The translations under genes and the position numbers were made by a program. From assembly GCF_009914755.1 (NCBI RefSeq), contig NC_060940.1: 64,000 bases of DNA. One strand, written 5' to 3'. Shown here in pieces: positions 46,110 to 62,159 of the stretch. The notes beneath the pieces were generated by a model. That model made no database searches. It was given only the letters and a program-made list of their open reading frames with translations, and was not told the DNA's origin. This DNA comes from the human T2T-CHM13v2.0 reference genome, Homo sapiens. The stretch's first letter is position 1. Each line of letters starts with the position of its first letter.

Positions 46110-46810
46110 ACTAGCTTAGCTCTAACCAGAAAGATTTATTATCCCAAGAGTTGTGAAAATGTGGAAGAACTAGAACTGTCATTCACTGCTGGTGGGAATG
46201 TAAAATGGTACAATGAATTTGGAAACAGTTGTCCAGTGCCTTAAAAAGTTAAACACACACATATGTGGCTCAGCAGTTCCCTTCCTAAGAACCTACTGGA
46301 AAGAAAATAAATGCTTATACAAAGTCTTGTTCATGAATGTTCATAGCAGCATCATCCATGATAGCCAAACGCCGGAAATACCCAAATGTCCATTAGCTGG
46401 GGAATGGAGAAACAAATGTAGTCTATCGACACAATGGAATACTACTCAGCAATGAAAAGGAACTAACTCTGGATACCTTTAATAACATAGATGAACTTCA
46501 AAAACATTACGCTAAGTGAAGGAAGCCGGTCATAAAAGACCACATAGTATATGATGACATTTATATGAAATTTCTAGAAAAGATGAAACTCTATAGACAG
46601 CAAACAGAATGATGGTTGCCTGGGGCTGGGAGTGAGTGGAGGGGATTACCTGGAAAGGGTGGGGCAATTTTGGGGGGTCAAGAAAATGTTCTAGGACAAG
46701 ACTGTGGTGATGGCTGCACAACTGGATAAATATACTAACATCAAACTGTATATTTACAATGGTTAAATCATATGGTATGTGAATTTCACATTAATAAAGT
46801 CATAAAAAAT
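46110..46810 (+). mobile_element. L1MB/ME LINE 3' end
   Basis: tgctggtgggaatgtaaaatggtaca...gaatgttcatagcagc...acaatggaatactactcagcaat...aaaacattacgctaagtgaa...aataaag. Confidence 0.85.
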
Positions 46811-48796
46811 GAATTCCAGGACCATTAAATCAGGTGACTGAGCCAATAGTTACAGGAACATAGAAAGATTTTCACCCATTCTGTATAATTAGACAAATTC
46901 TGTTACTATCTGTCCAACAGTTTAGCAAGAGTCACTCTGAGATTGAAGAGAGGAAGGGAACGTTGGAACCAATGCTGATGAGCCATTCATAGGCTCTGGC
47001 TCACTATATATGTCTAAAATTCACATGCCCCTAACCCTCAGATAATGACCATTAATAATCTGGCAGGAGAGGAAAGACCTGCAGCTCTTCTAGTCCTTAT
47101 GCTATCTCATTGTCTCATGGATTTTTAATATGTCTTTGCATCCCTTAGAAATTTGCACTTTTCCCCCCTTTTTCCATTAAAACACACCTGCGTGCAAACG
47201 TCCATACACACCCATGTACACACAGACACACACACACATGCATGCGATCTGTAAAAAGTCACAAAGGCCAAAGTTTTAAAGGAAGAAAATAAAAATCACC
47301 TGTAGTCCTATCATTCAGAGATAACCACTGTATGTTTATTTACATTAGTTTTGATTACATTAGTTTAGAATGAAATTTTAAATACACTAGTATATGTAAT
47401 TAAAATTGTATATACGTTTTAGTCAACCATCAGCTGACTTATTCATGTTCTGTGGACTCTGTGGTGGGTGGGGTCCAAGCCTCCCTGAAGCAGATCTCTA
47501 TCCTGTCACCCTGCTGGAAATGAAACACTTAGGGGTTAGAAGGGGATCAAGGAAAGTCCGAGAGTTGGTTGTGATTATCTTCAGTCAGAAAGTGCCTACT
47601 TTTCCAAGCATCCAGACTGCAACCTGTTTTTCCTACTCAAAATGGTTTTTATGGATTCTATTCTTATTTGGCAATTGCCTGGACTACAGTCACCAACACA
47701 AGTTTATACGCAAGAAGTGCACACAGCCCTCCCTCCCAGCTCATCCGGTAACAATTTAGATGAAGGATGTAAAATAGGATTCATTTCATGACCCAAGTCT
47801 GGTCAATTGAAACAGCCGATTGAAGTGCTGTGTTGAAAAGGATTTTGACACTGCGCATGGGCTCGTTGGGAAAGGGTGTCATGATGGGTTACTGATTCTG
47901 CGGTATTTTTGTGGACGTGGGGAGTGGTGGCCTACTTACAGTGCATCGCCCACTCTGATTTAGATGAGCAAGAGCTGCTGAGTTGTAGATTTCTAGTTTC
48001 TAAACAACAATAAGTCTTGCTCGCAGATAGCCTCTTAGCAGAGCCAAAAGCCAGCAGAGAGAAGACTCAGCATTTGCTTTGGAGTAAGTTTGTGTGTGTA
48101 TGTTTATCTCCCTTTTACTCATGGGCTCTTTTTTCCCAAATAACTGAGGGGCCAGCACATTTGGAGAACATGGGATTTATCATTGACGTCAGTGCCTTGG
48201 GAGTCTATGTTTATGTGAGCTTAAAGGTTTTGGAAGCTGAATGACACAGATCAAAGTCTCTCCACTGATCTGTCTTCCAGTCCTCCAGGGGACTTCTTCC
48301 ATCAACTACAAATCATTGATCAAAGTATTGGTCTGTCACCTGTCCATGTGTAAGGCCAGGCCTAAGTGCTCTGACAGGGCATGACTCAATCCTCAAACAG
48401 GAAGGGGGAAATTGCTTTCCGTCTCCTAACCCTAAGATCCTGGATGGCAGGTAATCTGCTTCCTCAAGATTCTGTTGATACACATTCAGGACTCTGGTTT
48501 CTGTTTTGCTTGATGACAATGACCCAGTTTCTTTGACTAAATAAATGTATAGACACACATTACTTCTTTTCATTCTAAGAATCATAAGTTTTTCAAACTT
48601 TAGAATCACAAGGTCCATTAAAGGACATCTCCCCTGACCTTCCCATTTTGTAGATGGGAAGACTAAGGTCCAAGCTTGAATGACCTGCCATCATGGGGAT
48701 AACCGGAATTGATACAATGTCTTGATTCAAGATTCAGAGCTCATTTTTTCTGTGTCAGATTAAAAAAAAAACAAAAAACCCTTACTGATCTTTTAA

Positions 48797-49270
<474 letters not shown>

Positions 49271-49860
49271 TAATTCTTCTGGGGAAATTAATTTCTCGAG
49301 GTAAAACAAGTTTTTAAATTATCCCCTATAGCTCATAGAAGCAATTCAGTAAATACTTGTTGAATATCAAATGAATGAACAAATGGCATTCTACATTGAA
49401 TATAGTAATTCCCAACTTTCGTGAAGGTTGTTTTTTTTTTTTTTTTAATGAGGCAATCAGGGGTAAAAACCCCCGCTGCTGTCCTAAGACAGAAAGAGGG
49501 GGGATTTTTCCCCCCATGGCTTCGTCCTTATTCTTATAACCTGTATGCACTGCTGAACCTGCTGAATAACCATGTCACAGTGGCAGGAGAGGGACTGGGT
49601 GAACTTGAGCCTCGATGCCTGGATTAAAGCCTTGTAATGATGTTTGCAAAGCACCAGGGTGATAACTGAATGGTTGGCACAGGCTTCGATGAAGCTTGTG
49701 TCCACCACAGTTTCCAGTGCTTCTGCACCTGGGTGGTCAGAAATGAGTCCTGTGAGACACAGGTGACAAGATCTCCAAGGAAGCAGTTCACGCTTGGATG
49801 ACTCTGGAGCTGTGGTGACAATCTAAATCCTAAATTGAGGCTTACTAGGAAATGCACTAG

Positions 49861-50283
<423 letters not shown>

Positions 50284-50429
50284 TAGTCTAGGGCACAAAA
50301 TTTCTGTCAACCCTTCTAACCAGTGTTTGAAGTACGTAAGACGTTCATTTCCACTTCTAATGAGGAATTAGAGGAACGGATTTATAAAGGAATTCTGGTT
50401 ATAATTGCAGGTACTTTTAGAGACGATGT

Positions 50430-50645
50430 CTAACAGTGCAACCCATAGAACCAGGCTGCCTGGATTCAAATCCCAGCTCTGCTATTACTGAGATCTCTAT
50501 GAGAGCTCAGAAAAGTTTACTTAATTTCTCCAAGTCTCAGTTTTCTCATAAGAAAGATGGGCATAAGGAAATAATGTAGGGAAAACACTTGTTGCAGACT
50601 GAGGACTCAACAAAGTTATAATTAAAGCTATTACTAACGTCATTA
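50430..50645 (+). mobile_element. MIR SINE
   Basis: ctgcctggattcaaatcccagctctgc...tctcagttttctcat. Confidence 0.7.
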
Positions 50646-51045
50646 TTATGAAAATAGCCATCTTTTTTTAAAGAAGGGAGTTAAAGGAAAGAAATGCCAG
50701 GCTGAGAGATGAGACAGTGAATTACAGTGGGGGATAAAGGGGCTGTGGTGTCACACAGGCCTGGCATCTGTGGCCTTGAACAAGTGCATTAATCACTCTA
50801 AGCCTCAATTTCTTTGTTTTAAAAATAATTAACTAAAATACCTTAGGGCACATGGTAGGAATTCAGTAAATGCTCACTGTCTTTCTCATCCTTTTGCTTA
50901 CCTCACATTTGCTTGCAGCCAGTGCTCAAAACCATAGACAGGCAGTGTCCCCAACCACTCCCTGCGTTTCTCTTTCTTTGCCTTCCGAAGCTGCCATCTT
51001 GGTGGTTTTTGAAGCATCAACACTTACTTCACATGCAGAGGCCCC

Positions 51046-51353
51046 TTTTATTTATTTATTTTTAATTTTTTTGAGACAGGGTCTCGCTCTCTTGCTCAGG
51101 CTGGAGTGTAGTGGTGTGATCTCAGCTCAGTGCAGGCTTGGCCTCCAGGGCTCAAGCAGTCCTCCCATGTTGACCTCCTTTGTATCTGGGACCACAGGTA
51201 TATTTCACCATGCCTGGCTAATCTTTGTGTTTCTGTAAAGATGAGGTCTTGCTATGCTGCCCAGGCTGGTCTGGAGCTCCTGGCCTCAAGCAGTCCTCCT
51301 GCTTTGGCCTCCTGAAGTACTGAGATTACGGGTGTAAGTCACCACACCCAGCC
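51046..51353 (-). mobile_element. AluJ SINE
   Basis: Diverged dimer; TSD CAGAGGCC. Confidence 0.92.
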
Positions 51354-51760
51354 CAGAGGCCTTCTTTAAATGCTAGTCCTTTTTCTCTTCCTCCATCTGG
51401 GTCTTGGTTCCATGCGTATTCAGTTTGTGAAAAATTTGAGTCGTGCACTTATTATGTATGTGCTTTTCTGCATGTAATTATGCTTGATAAAAAAAGTTTA
51501 AAAATTTGTTTTAGATAGAGGTTTGAATGTCACTAATTACCAACGTGTAGCTCCTAATTGGAATTAAGAAGGGACTAGCTCCTATTATCAGAGATCTGGT
51601 CATCACCCTTCAAGTTGACTATCTCCTTATGCTGATTTTTTTTTTCTTTTAAATAGCAGCACAAATATTTACCATCTAGCAGATGTGGTAAGAATGTAAG
51701 TTGTTCAGCCATTTACAGCTTAGTCTTTGGGAGATATCCATTCATTTTAAATACTTGGAG

Positions 51761-52070
51761 GGCCAGGCACAGTGGCTTATACCTTGTAATCCCAGCACTT
51801 TTGGAGGCTGAGGTGGGAGGATTAATTGGGGCTAGGAGTTGGAGGCTAGCCTGGGGAACATACTGACACCTCATCTCTATAAAATATTTTTTAAAACTCA
51901 GCTGGGCATGATGTTGCATGCCTGTCATCCCAGCTACTTGGGAGACTGAGGAGGACGATTGCTTGAGGCCGGAAGTTCAAGGCTGCAGAGAGCTGTTATT
52001 GTACCACTGTACTCCAGCCTGGGCAACAGAGAGACCCTGCCTCAAAAAGTAAATAAAATAGTAAAATAAA
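51761..52070 (+). mobile_element. AluJ SINE
   Basis: Diverged dimer with J features. Confidence 0.92.
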
Positions 52071-52236
52071 ACGAGATATTTGGAAGGCTATGTTTTTTTG
52101 CCAGGCCATGTGCTTAGTCCCTGGGAGTATAGCGAGGGGCAATCACAGGTCAGGTCCTAGTGTCTCTGAAGACTTCATTCTAGTGGCCATTGAAAATGTG
52201 TAACTACCCACAGTAATCAAGTTAAAGAAAGGTTCT

Positions 52237-52770
<534 letters not shown>

Positions 52771-55499
52771 TCACTGCAGCGCCTGGTATACAGGAAGAAC
52801 TTGATGTTATTCATGGCAAAAGATGTCTGGATGGTCTCCACTACAGATTCTGATGGCAAGTGACTTAAAGACATGTTGGCAATGGGTAGTGGACAAAAAT
52901 TGAAACACCTTCAACTGTGTCTGTGACCAGAAGATTTTTTTCTTTTTTTTTTTTTTTTTTTTTTTTGGCTGACTGTCATGACTTAGTAAGGCCATCACAG
53001 GTTGCCAGAACATCTACTCAACTGTTCCAAGCATAACCTCCTACACAGGCCTTCTACATAGGAGTATATTTGGCCAAGACTCACCACTAGAAGTGATTTC
53101 CACTGGACTTTCCTACAGCAAGTGGTAAATGATCCCTCAGATAGGCCCAAGAGCTCCCCTTCAAGCATAGAGACACAACCCTGTGAAAACATGCATTGGA
53201 ACCAGGAAGGCCTGCCCCCATGACTTCACGTTGCATACATGCCTTTGAGGACTTGGCCTCTTAAAGGAATCTTTCAATATCCTATGCTTCTGAGAAAGTT
53301 ACTATTTCATTTGCAGCAGGACAACTCAACAAGCTAGCTCTTCCTGCCCAGCAGACTCGGTGGATTCTGAAGAGGGTCTCGGGCTGACTCTCTACTTCAT
53401 GGGTTTGAATTCAGGAATGTTGCAAGATTGCATGAGATTAAGCCGCTGAAACCTTTCTGAGGAAGAGCCAGCTCAAATTTCAGTGTTGGATGTTCACCGC
53501 TTCTTTAGGGTTCTACCACTCCCAGTAAATCAAGTAATAGGTTTCTGTTAAAAACCCCAGTGTGCTGATCTCAGTGGCAGCCATCTTGCTTTGTAAGCCT
53601 TCTCTAGCTTTATGATGCTCCCAGTATATAAGACATTTCCAGTGTCTAGTCCAAATTAGTATTTCTCTAATTCTCGAGTGTCTGATCTGCCTGGCTAGAA
53701 TGATTAAAACAAAAAAATAGCAAATCAGTTTGACAGTCCACTTCATTAAGTGGAGGACAGTGTTTTGATTGCTATTTAATCTGTTTTTCCTTCTGTCTGT
53801 TCTTGGCTATATGGAATTCACTTTGCCTCTCTTCCCGACTCTTCATATCCCTTATCTCAAGGTGAGTATCGTCAGAATCCCGGTACATTTCACCAGCCAC
53901 CTTTTATAGAAGCTTAGAAAGATGGAGGCAAACCCATAAACAAGACTTGGTTTTTCTAAGCCACAGTGGCAATTTCCTAGTCGATTACAACTGTGTCTAC
54001 CCTTTCAACTGGCCTGTCAGTGTAGGCTCTGCATGTCCTGGATAATCCTACAATTGGTGACACGGTTATTGACTTACAGGTTTCTAGGGCATCTCATTCG
54101 TTTTTTAAAAGAATGTTTCTTCCACACTTTTATTGCTTAGTAGAAACTTGTTCTAATTCTTTCTCCTGATACCATTTAGCCTATTAGTACCTGGGAATAA
54201 TCACCCTCCCTTATCTAGTCCTACAGATTTGTTTTGTTTTGAGTTATACCCACTTTAGGTCTCCCACCCTCTCTTATTTTTATAAACAGGCTCCATGGTA
54301 CTATATACACTGCAGATGGACAGCTGCCAACCTGCTCTTTTTGTGCTGAGGAACTCTAGATATTTCAACTAGTTTACATGACTTTCTTACCTACGCTACC
54401 TTATAATCCTTTTATAAATTTTGCTTTACGTTTTAACAACGGAAAACACTTAAGGTTTTTTTCCTTTCTTTTTTTTTTTAATTCTTCCGCCAGCTATCTT
54501 TAAAAGCAGTTCTAAAACTTCTTATTTTAATATTGTACCCATTGTACTTTAGTCTAAGTGATGGCTGCTTATGGCCATGCCCTTTCTTCTGCACTTTGGG
54601 TGTTTTGTCTGGAATTTTCTCTCCTTTCCTTTTGTGAAAAAGGATGAATTTTCCGAGACTCTGTTATGACAGAAACTCACCAGTTCTCTGTTGTTAATCA
54701 ACAAATAGATTGTGAATGCTTGACTCTTCTTTTTTTTTTTTTTTAAAGGAGTTTCAAGGGTAAGATCTGCTGTCTTGTGAATGTCAAAGAAGTTTCTCAT
54801 TCGCCCCTTTCTTCTCTCTCCCAGTGTCTTTAATTTGTTAATGCTTTCGACTTATTTTGCTTTGGATAATTTTCAAAGTACTGCTTTCTCTAGAGATCTC
54901 TAAAAGGCAGAAGTTCTGGCTATTAAAGATTTGCCATTCTCAGAACAGCCCAGTTAGGGTACCCTCAGGTTATTTATAACTGGATTTTATCTCAGAAAAT
55001 TAACTAAAAGAAGATTAACCAAAAATCTAAAGGAAAATGCCTTAAACACCTCATCTATTATGCTGTGCTCAAACAGATATTTTCATCTTAACAGCTTGGC
55101 AAACCCAGTGGAACGCTCTTTCTAGTTTGGGGCATAAAATAAGATAACACTCTGAATTCCTACAGGAAATCTTGTAACTCTACTTAAAATTAAGGCATAA
55201 AGTAGGAAAATGTGTTTCCTCTGTATAGTCTTATTACTTTGCCTGTTAAGTTAACTGGTTCCTATTTCTGCTGGTTCGAAGAGGTCCAGGACATTTAAAT
55301 AGCTCTTCTAGAAACAAATTCTTTTCCTTACAAGCCCTGCCAGGTCAGTGGGTTCAGTAAGGAAGAAGGTTTTGTATTTTGACAATTCCTTCATCTGTTA
55401 ATTTAGTCAGACGAGGAAGGAAACGAGAAAAGTTATTCCTATTTCATCCATCTAAGACTTTATATCCCATTTCAGGCTGATTAAAAGGCAAAATCTTCA

Positions 55500-56045
55500 C
55501 AGTAGGACACCAAACCCTCTGTATGCCCTGCCTGCCTCCCCCCCTCTGACCCGCCTGCCTCCCCACTGTGAGCTTTTTCCACCTACTGGCCTCTTGTTCT
55601 TCTTCAGCTGTTCCTCAGACATGCCAGGTGTGTTCCTGTCTCAGACGCTTTGCCTTTGCTGCTCCTTCTGCCTGGAGTATTCTTCCACGTAGCACCACGA
55701 GCTGTTCTTCTCCAAAAGGCTTTGCTCAACTGACACTTTCTCAGTGAAGCTGTTTCTCACCACTCACTATAAAATGGCAGCCTGCCTCTCTGAGCCTTGC
55801 ACCCTCTCTTCCTTTTCCTGCTTTGTATTCCTTGTGGCACTTATTATATCACATAGATACAGACATAGATGTGGACATAGATAGAGACATAGACATACAT
55901 GAGTTTTGTGTTTATTCTCCTATTCTCTAGAAGAATGTAAGTTTGTAAGTACTGAGATTTTTGTCTCTTTTGCTCACTATTGTACTTCAGGGCCTAGAGG
56001 AAGGCTTAGCACGTGGAAGACAATATTTATTGGAGGAATGAATCT
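55500..56045 (+). mobile_element. L2 3' region
   Basis: ctactggcctc...gttcct.agacatgccagg...tttgcctttgctgctccttctgcctgga...ctagaagaatgtaag...atatttattggaggaatgaat. Confidence 0.75.
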
Positions 56046-56439
56046 AGAAATATCCTTGGATGTATAATGTCCAACTCACTCTACCACACAGCAACATAGG
56101 TAGTTTTATATACATTTTATAGCTAAGCCCAGCAGCCCAAAAAGCTAAATGACTTCAGCGCCCACAGATACTCCTGGATGAGAGGGGATTGGAAACCAGG
56201 TCTGTTCAATTGCAAATCCCCTCTTGTGCCTTTTACAGGTCAGATGATTTTGTTTTTATAGGCTCTAGCAGGTCCCTTCTCTTTGCGTCACCAGAGAGGA
56301 AGATCCCCTAAGACAAAGCATTCCCTGTAGTTTTTAGCATAACTAGTACTGGCTCAGTAAGTATCCACTGGGGTTCGGAATACAACTGCCCTGCCTCTTG
56401 AGCAGCCATGCCTGCTTCCGAGGTGGTGCTGCATGCTAT

Positions 56440-56930
56440 TCAGGAGGACAGACCATGGATGGGAATCCTGAGCCACAACTCCTTAGCCTCATGACGTTGG
56501 GCAGATGACTGAGCTTGTCTGAGTTACAATAAATAAAAATACCATGCTGAATGATGGCCTAGCATGACATTGGGAAGTACAGACTTTGCAGGCAGGCCCC
56601 TGGGTTCAATTCCTGCCCCTGTCATTGAGTAAAGTAATTATCATAACTTTGGAACAAATTGACCTCTCTAAGCCTCAGTTTATTCTTCAGCTAAATGAGG
56701 ATGATTGATAATCAAAACTATTTTATAGGGCTTGGGGGAGCATCAAATGAAATAACACATATAAAAGGCTTGGTTTAATCTCTGAAGCACATTGGCACTT
56801 AATAAATGTTAACTATAATTATATTAACACCTATTTTACAGGGTTGCTATGAGGATATCATGAGATAATATGTATGAAGAACCTAGCACACTGTTTGGTG
56901 CATGTGAGGGTTCTGTAAATGTTACCCATT
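56440..56930 (+). mobile_element. MIR nested inside another MIR
   Basis: Outer head about 56440-56545, complete inner MIR about 56555-56820, outer 3' half about 56822-56930. Confidence 0.65.
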
Positions 56931-57031
56931 TTATTCCTTAATTTCCTTTATAGACCCCTTTCCCTGCAACACCCAGTAGTCTGGCTTCTATCCTGACAAT
57001 GTTAGTGAAGTTGCTTGCTTGAAATTTACCA

Positions 57032-57345
57032 GGCCAGGCTTATGGCTGTAATCCCAGAAACTCAAGAAGCTGAGGCAGGAGAATCCCTATGGTCTCTTGA
57101 GTCCAGGAGTTTGAGACCAGCCTGGGCAAGATAGCAAAATACTATCTCTACAAAAAAATGAAAAAAAAAAAAAGAAAAAAGCCTGTCATAGTGGTACATG
57201 CCTATAGTCTTAGCTATTCAGGAGGCTGAGGTGGGAGGATCGCTTGAGCCCAGGAATTTGAGGTTGCAGTGAGCTATCATTGTGTCACTACACTTCACCC
57301 TGGATCTGGAAGGAAGGGAGGAAAGGAGGAAGGGAGGGAAGGAGG
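57032..57345 (+). mobile_element. AluJ, rearranged head, GGAA-rich tail
   Basis: Diverged dimer; TSD G(A/G)AATTTAC. Confidence 0.85.
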
Positions 57346-57855
57346 AATTTACTAGAAACAAATTAACTTCTGTAATCCTAAGTACTTGTTAAGGCAGAAA
57401 AACGCAGATAAGAAAATCGAAGTTGAGGGCAAGGAGCTCATCTTTCACGGTCATAGACCTCAGTTGCAACATCTGGACAAAGAGCTGGTTGGGCATGCCG
57501 GGCAGGCTTTTGTGACAATGTAAGAGCAAGTGAAGATTGCATCTCAGTATGAGACACCGTAAGAGCTTGATAAATGGTGGACCCTCTGATGTTGACAACA
57601 TGATGTCAAAGATGGTGTTTGCTGTTGTTTCAAATGTCTTATTTCAAATTCCCAATTAGTTTCTTCATGCCATAAGGGCAAAATCCACATCTCATACTTT
57701 TTCAGGATCTGCTCTCACTTCCCCAAACATGTAATACCACCCTGGTCTTCAAGTCCACTCTCAAAAAAAAAAAAAAATTTGGCCTTTGGCCTCGTGACCA
57801 CCAAATCTGATTTCCATCCAAGAGGCAACATTGTTTGTGCTTAGAAGGAATTCCT

Positions 57856-58163
<308 letters not shown>

Positions 58164-59244
58164 TAATTCCTAACAGTCTGGAATCTCTAGGGTCTCTGGT
58201 ATTATCCTTTAGTTTAAGCCTCACATTTTTCTAAACATTTTGAAATCTGGTGTAATGGCGTTAGATGACCAAGAATTTATAGTCAAAAGTAGATAAAGTA
58301 AAAGAGTGAAAACAGAGACATGATACGAGTTGATGATACCGTATGCAACTTGTCAAACACTTACATTTGTGAATAAGAAAACTGGGGTCTATTTGGTGGT
58401 TTATTTCAGAGATGTTGGATCAAATCAGACATCAGAAAAGACACCAGTACCAAACGAAGATATCTTTGCTGTATTTGCAGTTTTCTCTCTTATTAACATG
58501 AAAACACCTTACATAGATGGAAACATCTAAAGGCTATTTTTTATTTTATTTTCCATTACTTCACTCTAATGCTTTCACCCGTACCTGTGGAAATTAGACT
58601 GTCACCTGCTTTTAGCATCCTGTTTTCTTTCGTGTTTGTAATGAAGCCCTCCGGGAATTATGCGATTACAAAAATGAGTTACAAATCCTCATTCGGTATA
58701 CGAAAGTATATAGCTGCTTTCCTTCTCTGTTTAAATAGTCTACAAAACAAGAAATAATTAGTCAAGCACTATCGGTAATTAAGCACATAAGATGAACATT
58801 AAACAAACTGCAATCTTGCATCATTTTGAAGGTAGATAGGCAGGTTTTTGCATTTGGAATCCAGCCAAAATGCCCATCTTCATTCCCTTTGCTCCTTATT
58901 TATTATTGGTGAGGGAATTCACTTGCCGAACTTGCTGATGTACTCTTGCTGGCGGTCCATCTGAGAGTTCACATAAGTGTGAGTGACTATTTTTTGACAA
59001 CACTACCTTTGGGAGAAGATGGTTTCAAAGAACTTACTGTATCAAATGGAAAGACAATGTGTTTTCCCAACATGGGAGTATGTTTCTAAGTTGGGATCAG
59101 TTCACAATTCAGAGAAATGCTCTGCCTTCTTGTATATGATATCAGATCAGGTCAGACGTAGGTATAAGACCCTGACTCCTGTTTTCCAAGCACTTTTTTT
59201 TTTCATTATGAGTCTATCTTTCGGTCCCCTAAAGCTTCTGGTAA

Positions 59245-59563
59245 TTTTTTTTCTTTTTTTTTTTTTTTTTGAGACAAAGTCTCGCCCTGTTGCCAGGCTG
59301 GAGTGTGGTGGCAGGATCACGGCTCACTGCAACCTTTGCCTCCTGGGCGCAAGTGATCCTCCTACCTCAGCCTCCCAAGGGAGCTGGGACCACAGGGGCA
59401 CACCACCATGCCTGCCCAATTTTTGTTGTTGTTGTATTTTTTGGTACAGATGGGATTTTGCCATGTTGCCCAGGCTGGTCTCAAAACTCCTGGGCTCAAG
59501 CGATTCACGTGCCTCAGCCTCCCAAAGTGCTAGGGTTACAGGCATGAGCCACTGTGCCTGGCC
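59245..59563 (-). mobile_element. AluJ SINE
   Basis: Antisense dimer; TSD CTGGTAA. Confidence 0.92.
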
Positions 59564-60060
59564 CTGGTAAAATTTTGTCTACGTAGTTACTGCTGCCCAG
59601 GCAAAATCTGAAAAATGTTAGTCTAATTTAGTTAAGTTTTTCTTGCAGACCAGAACTTCTAGGAAACTAATATACAGGTTTTCTCCAAAATATATTTTCA
59701 AGGAAAATCAGAGAATAAAAGTTTCCAATGCATTTAGACTAGAAAATTAAATATTCAACAAACAATTTCGGAGGGCCAACTATTTGCCAGGATCCTTGCT
59801 GGAATAGTCTCTAACCTCAAGGCAATTGCTGTCTAGCTTTAAGATCAAGAGTAATTGTGACTTGATGTAAGGTATCTGTGTTGCTTTGTATTACATTCTT
59901 CTTAGCTCCATTGTGTTAAATACAGATAGACAATATTTGTACATGATAGGTTGGCTCACCATTAATCACTTAAGAAGTAATAGAATGATCAATGATTTTC
60001 TTTCTGGCTTGTCTACGCCAAAATGGTTCTTCTGCTCAGTTGGTTTCTATAGTGATTTTA

Positions 60061-60435
<375 letters not shown>

Positions 60436-60735
60436 TTATTTTTAATTATTAAGAATAAGTGTCATAAAGCCAATACTTTCTAACATGTGTATAGTATGTT
60501 ATAGTTTTCAAAGTCTTTGACAATTATACCTAGGGAGCCAGGACAGTATTTGTATCATCATTTCATTGTTCCTGGAAAACAGGTTCAGAGAAGTTAAGCG
60601 ACTTGCCCAAAATAGCACAGCAATCTGACAGAGCCAGGATTATCTTCCATCCTCTATTTTATTACCTGTGCCTCCCATTAAATCATCCTAAGCTCCACTA
60701 CAGCTGGAGAAGGTTCTGTTAACACACCATACATC

Positions 60736-61047
60736 TTTTTTTTTTTTTTTAATTGAGATGGGGTCTCACTCTGTCACCCAGGCTGGCGTGCATTGGTGGG
60801 ATCTCAGCTCACTGCACCCTCCTTCTCCCAGGTTCAAGTGATCCTCTCTCCTCGCCTCCCGAGTAGCCTCCCGAGTAGCTGGGATTACATGTATGTGCTA
60901 CCGTGCCCAGCTAACTTTTGTATTTTTAGTAGAGACAGGGGTTTCACCTTGCTGGCCAGGCTGGCCTTGTATTTCTGACCTCAAGTGATCCACCCGCTTC
61001 AGCCTCTTAAAATTCTGGGATTACAGGCATGAGCCACCGCACCCGGT
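60736..61047 (-). mobile_element. AluS with internal 12-bp duplication
   Basis: GCCTCCCGAGTA twice (60854-60877); TSD ATACATCTT. Confidence 0.93.
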
Positions 61048-61559
61048 TATACATCTTAAATATAAAGTTTTTACAATGCCACCATTTAAAAAAAAAAAAA
61101 AGGGCATTAATGCATTTAGCAAAGACTTCCTGAGTGTCTGCTTGGTCGAGTGACACAAACTGGAACAGAGCATAGCCTGTCTTCCAGGAACCGGCACCAG
61201 CGATGTCGTAGGCTGAGGGAGAAGCCACAGAACTGTGAGTGACATGTTTCTTTGGCTGCTCCCGACACAAGGAACTGCAACTAAATTGAAGGCTTGAGGA
61301 CAGGAAGCACCTTAGCGGTTCGCCTTTCATTTGAGTGGGCCCAGGGTCCAGAAAAGGGTAGATATTCAGGAAGAATTGATCACCTTTTGGATGCCACCAC
61401 ACATGCCTAGGCACAAAATAACTCAGAAAACAGTGATAAAAGTTGTGATTGTGGTTGTTGTGGAAATTAAAGTAGCCTCCCCTCTTAAGCTTTGTGAACT
61501 TCAGCAAGCTCCTGAACCCATCTGGACCCTCTCTCTCATCAGTAACGCAGTAACGTAGA

Positions 61560-62140
61560 GATGAAACCCTAAATGCCATCCGGTGACATCCTGGATTAGA
61601 CCCTGAATCAGAAAAAGGACTGTAGTGGGAAACTCGTGAAATCCTAAATACAGTCTGTCATTTACTTAATAGTAACATACCATTTTCATAAGCATACCAT
61701 GGGCTGGGCATGGTGGCTTATGCCCGAAATCCCAGCATTGCGGGAGGCTGAGGCAAGCTGATCACTTGAGGTCAGGAGTTCGAGACCAGCCTGGCGAACA
61801 TGGCAAAACCCCATCTCTACTAAAAATACAAAAATTACCTGAGTGTGGTGGTGCCCACCTGTAATCCCAGCTACTCAGGAGGCTGAAGCAGGAGAATTGC
61901 TTGAATCCAGGAGATGGAGGTTGCAGTGAGTTGAGATCATGCTACTGTACTCCAGCCTGGGCAACAGAGCAAGACTCTGTCTCAAAAAAAAAAAAGAAAA
62001 AAAAAGTAATGCAATAAGCGTACCATGGTCATGTGAGATGTTGACATTAGGGGAAAGACAATAAACAGCGTGGAGGAACTCTGTGTACTCTGTTTGTAAG
62101 TTTCCTGTAATACTAATATTCTAAACTAAAAAGATAATTT
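61560..62140 (+). mobile_element. L1MC/MD-type 3' end, interrupted by an Alu
   Basis: atcctggattagaccctg..cagaaaaaggac...gtaccatggtcatgtgagatgttgacattagggga...ggaactctgtgtact. Confidence 0.7.
61702..62005 (+). mobile_element. AluS SINE
   Basis: Full dimer; TSD ATAAGC(A/G)TACCATG. Confidence 0.95.
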
Positions 62141-62159
62141 AAAGGGAAAGAAAACCTCT

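Noticed and set aside
57380-57620. Balanced-composition segment that looked exon-like
   Set aside because: No convincing splice-site pair or recognisable peptide in any frame.
59019-59570. 183-aa ORF and the many other ORFs with [18 protein letters not shown] motifs
   Set aside because: Classic Alu translation artefacts.
61007-61579. 190-aa minus-strand ORF
   Set aside because: Starts in an L1 remnant, ends in an Alu, crosses a poly-A run; no homology recognised.
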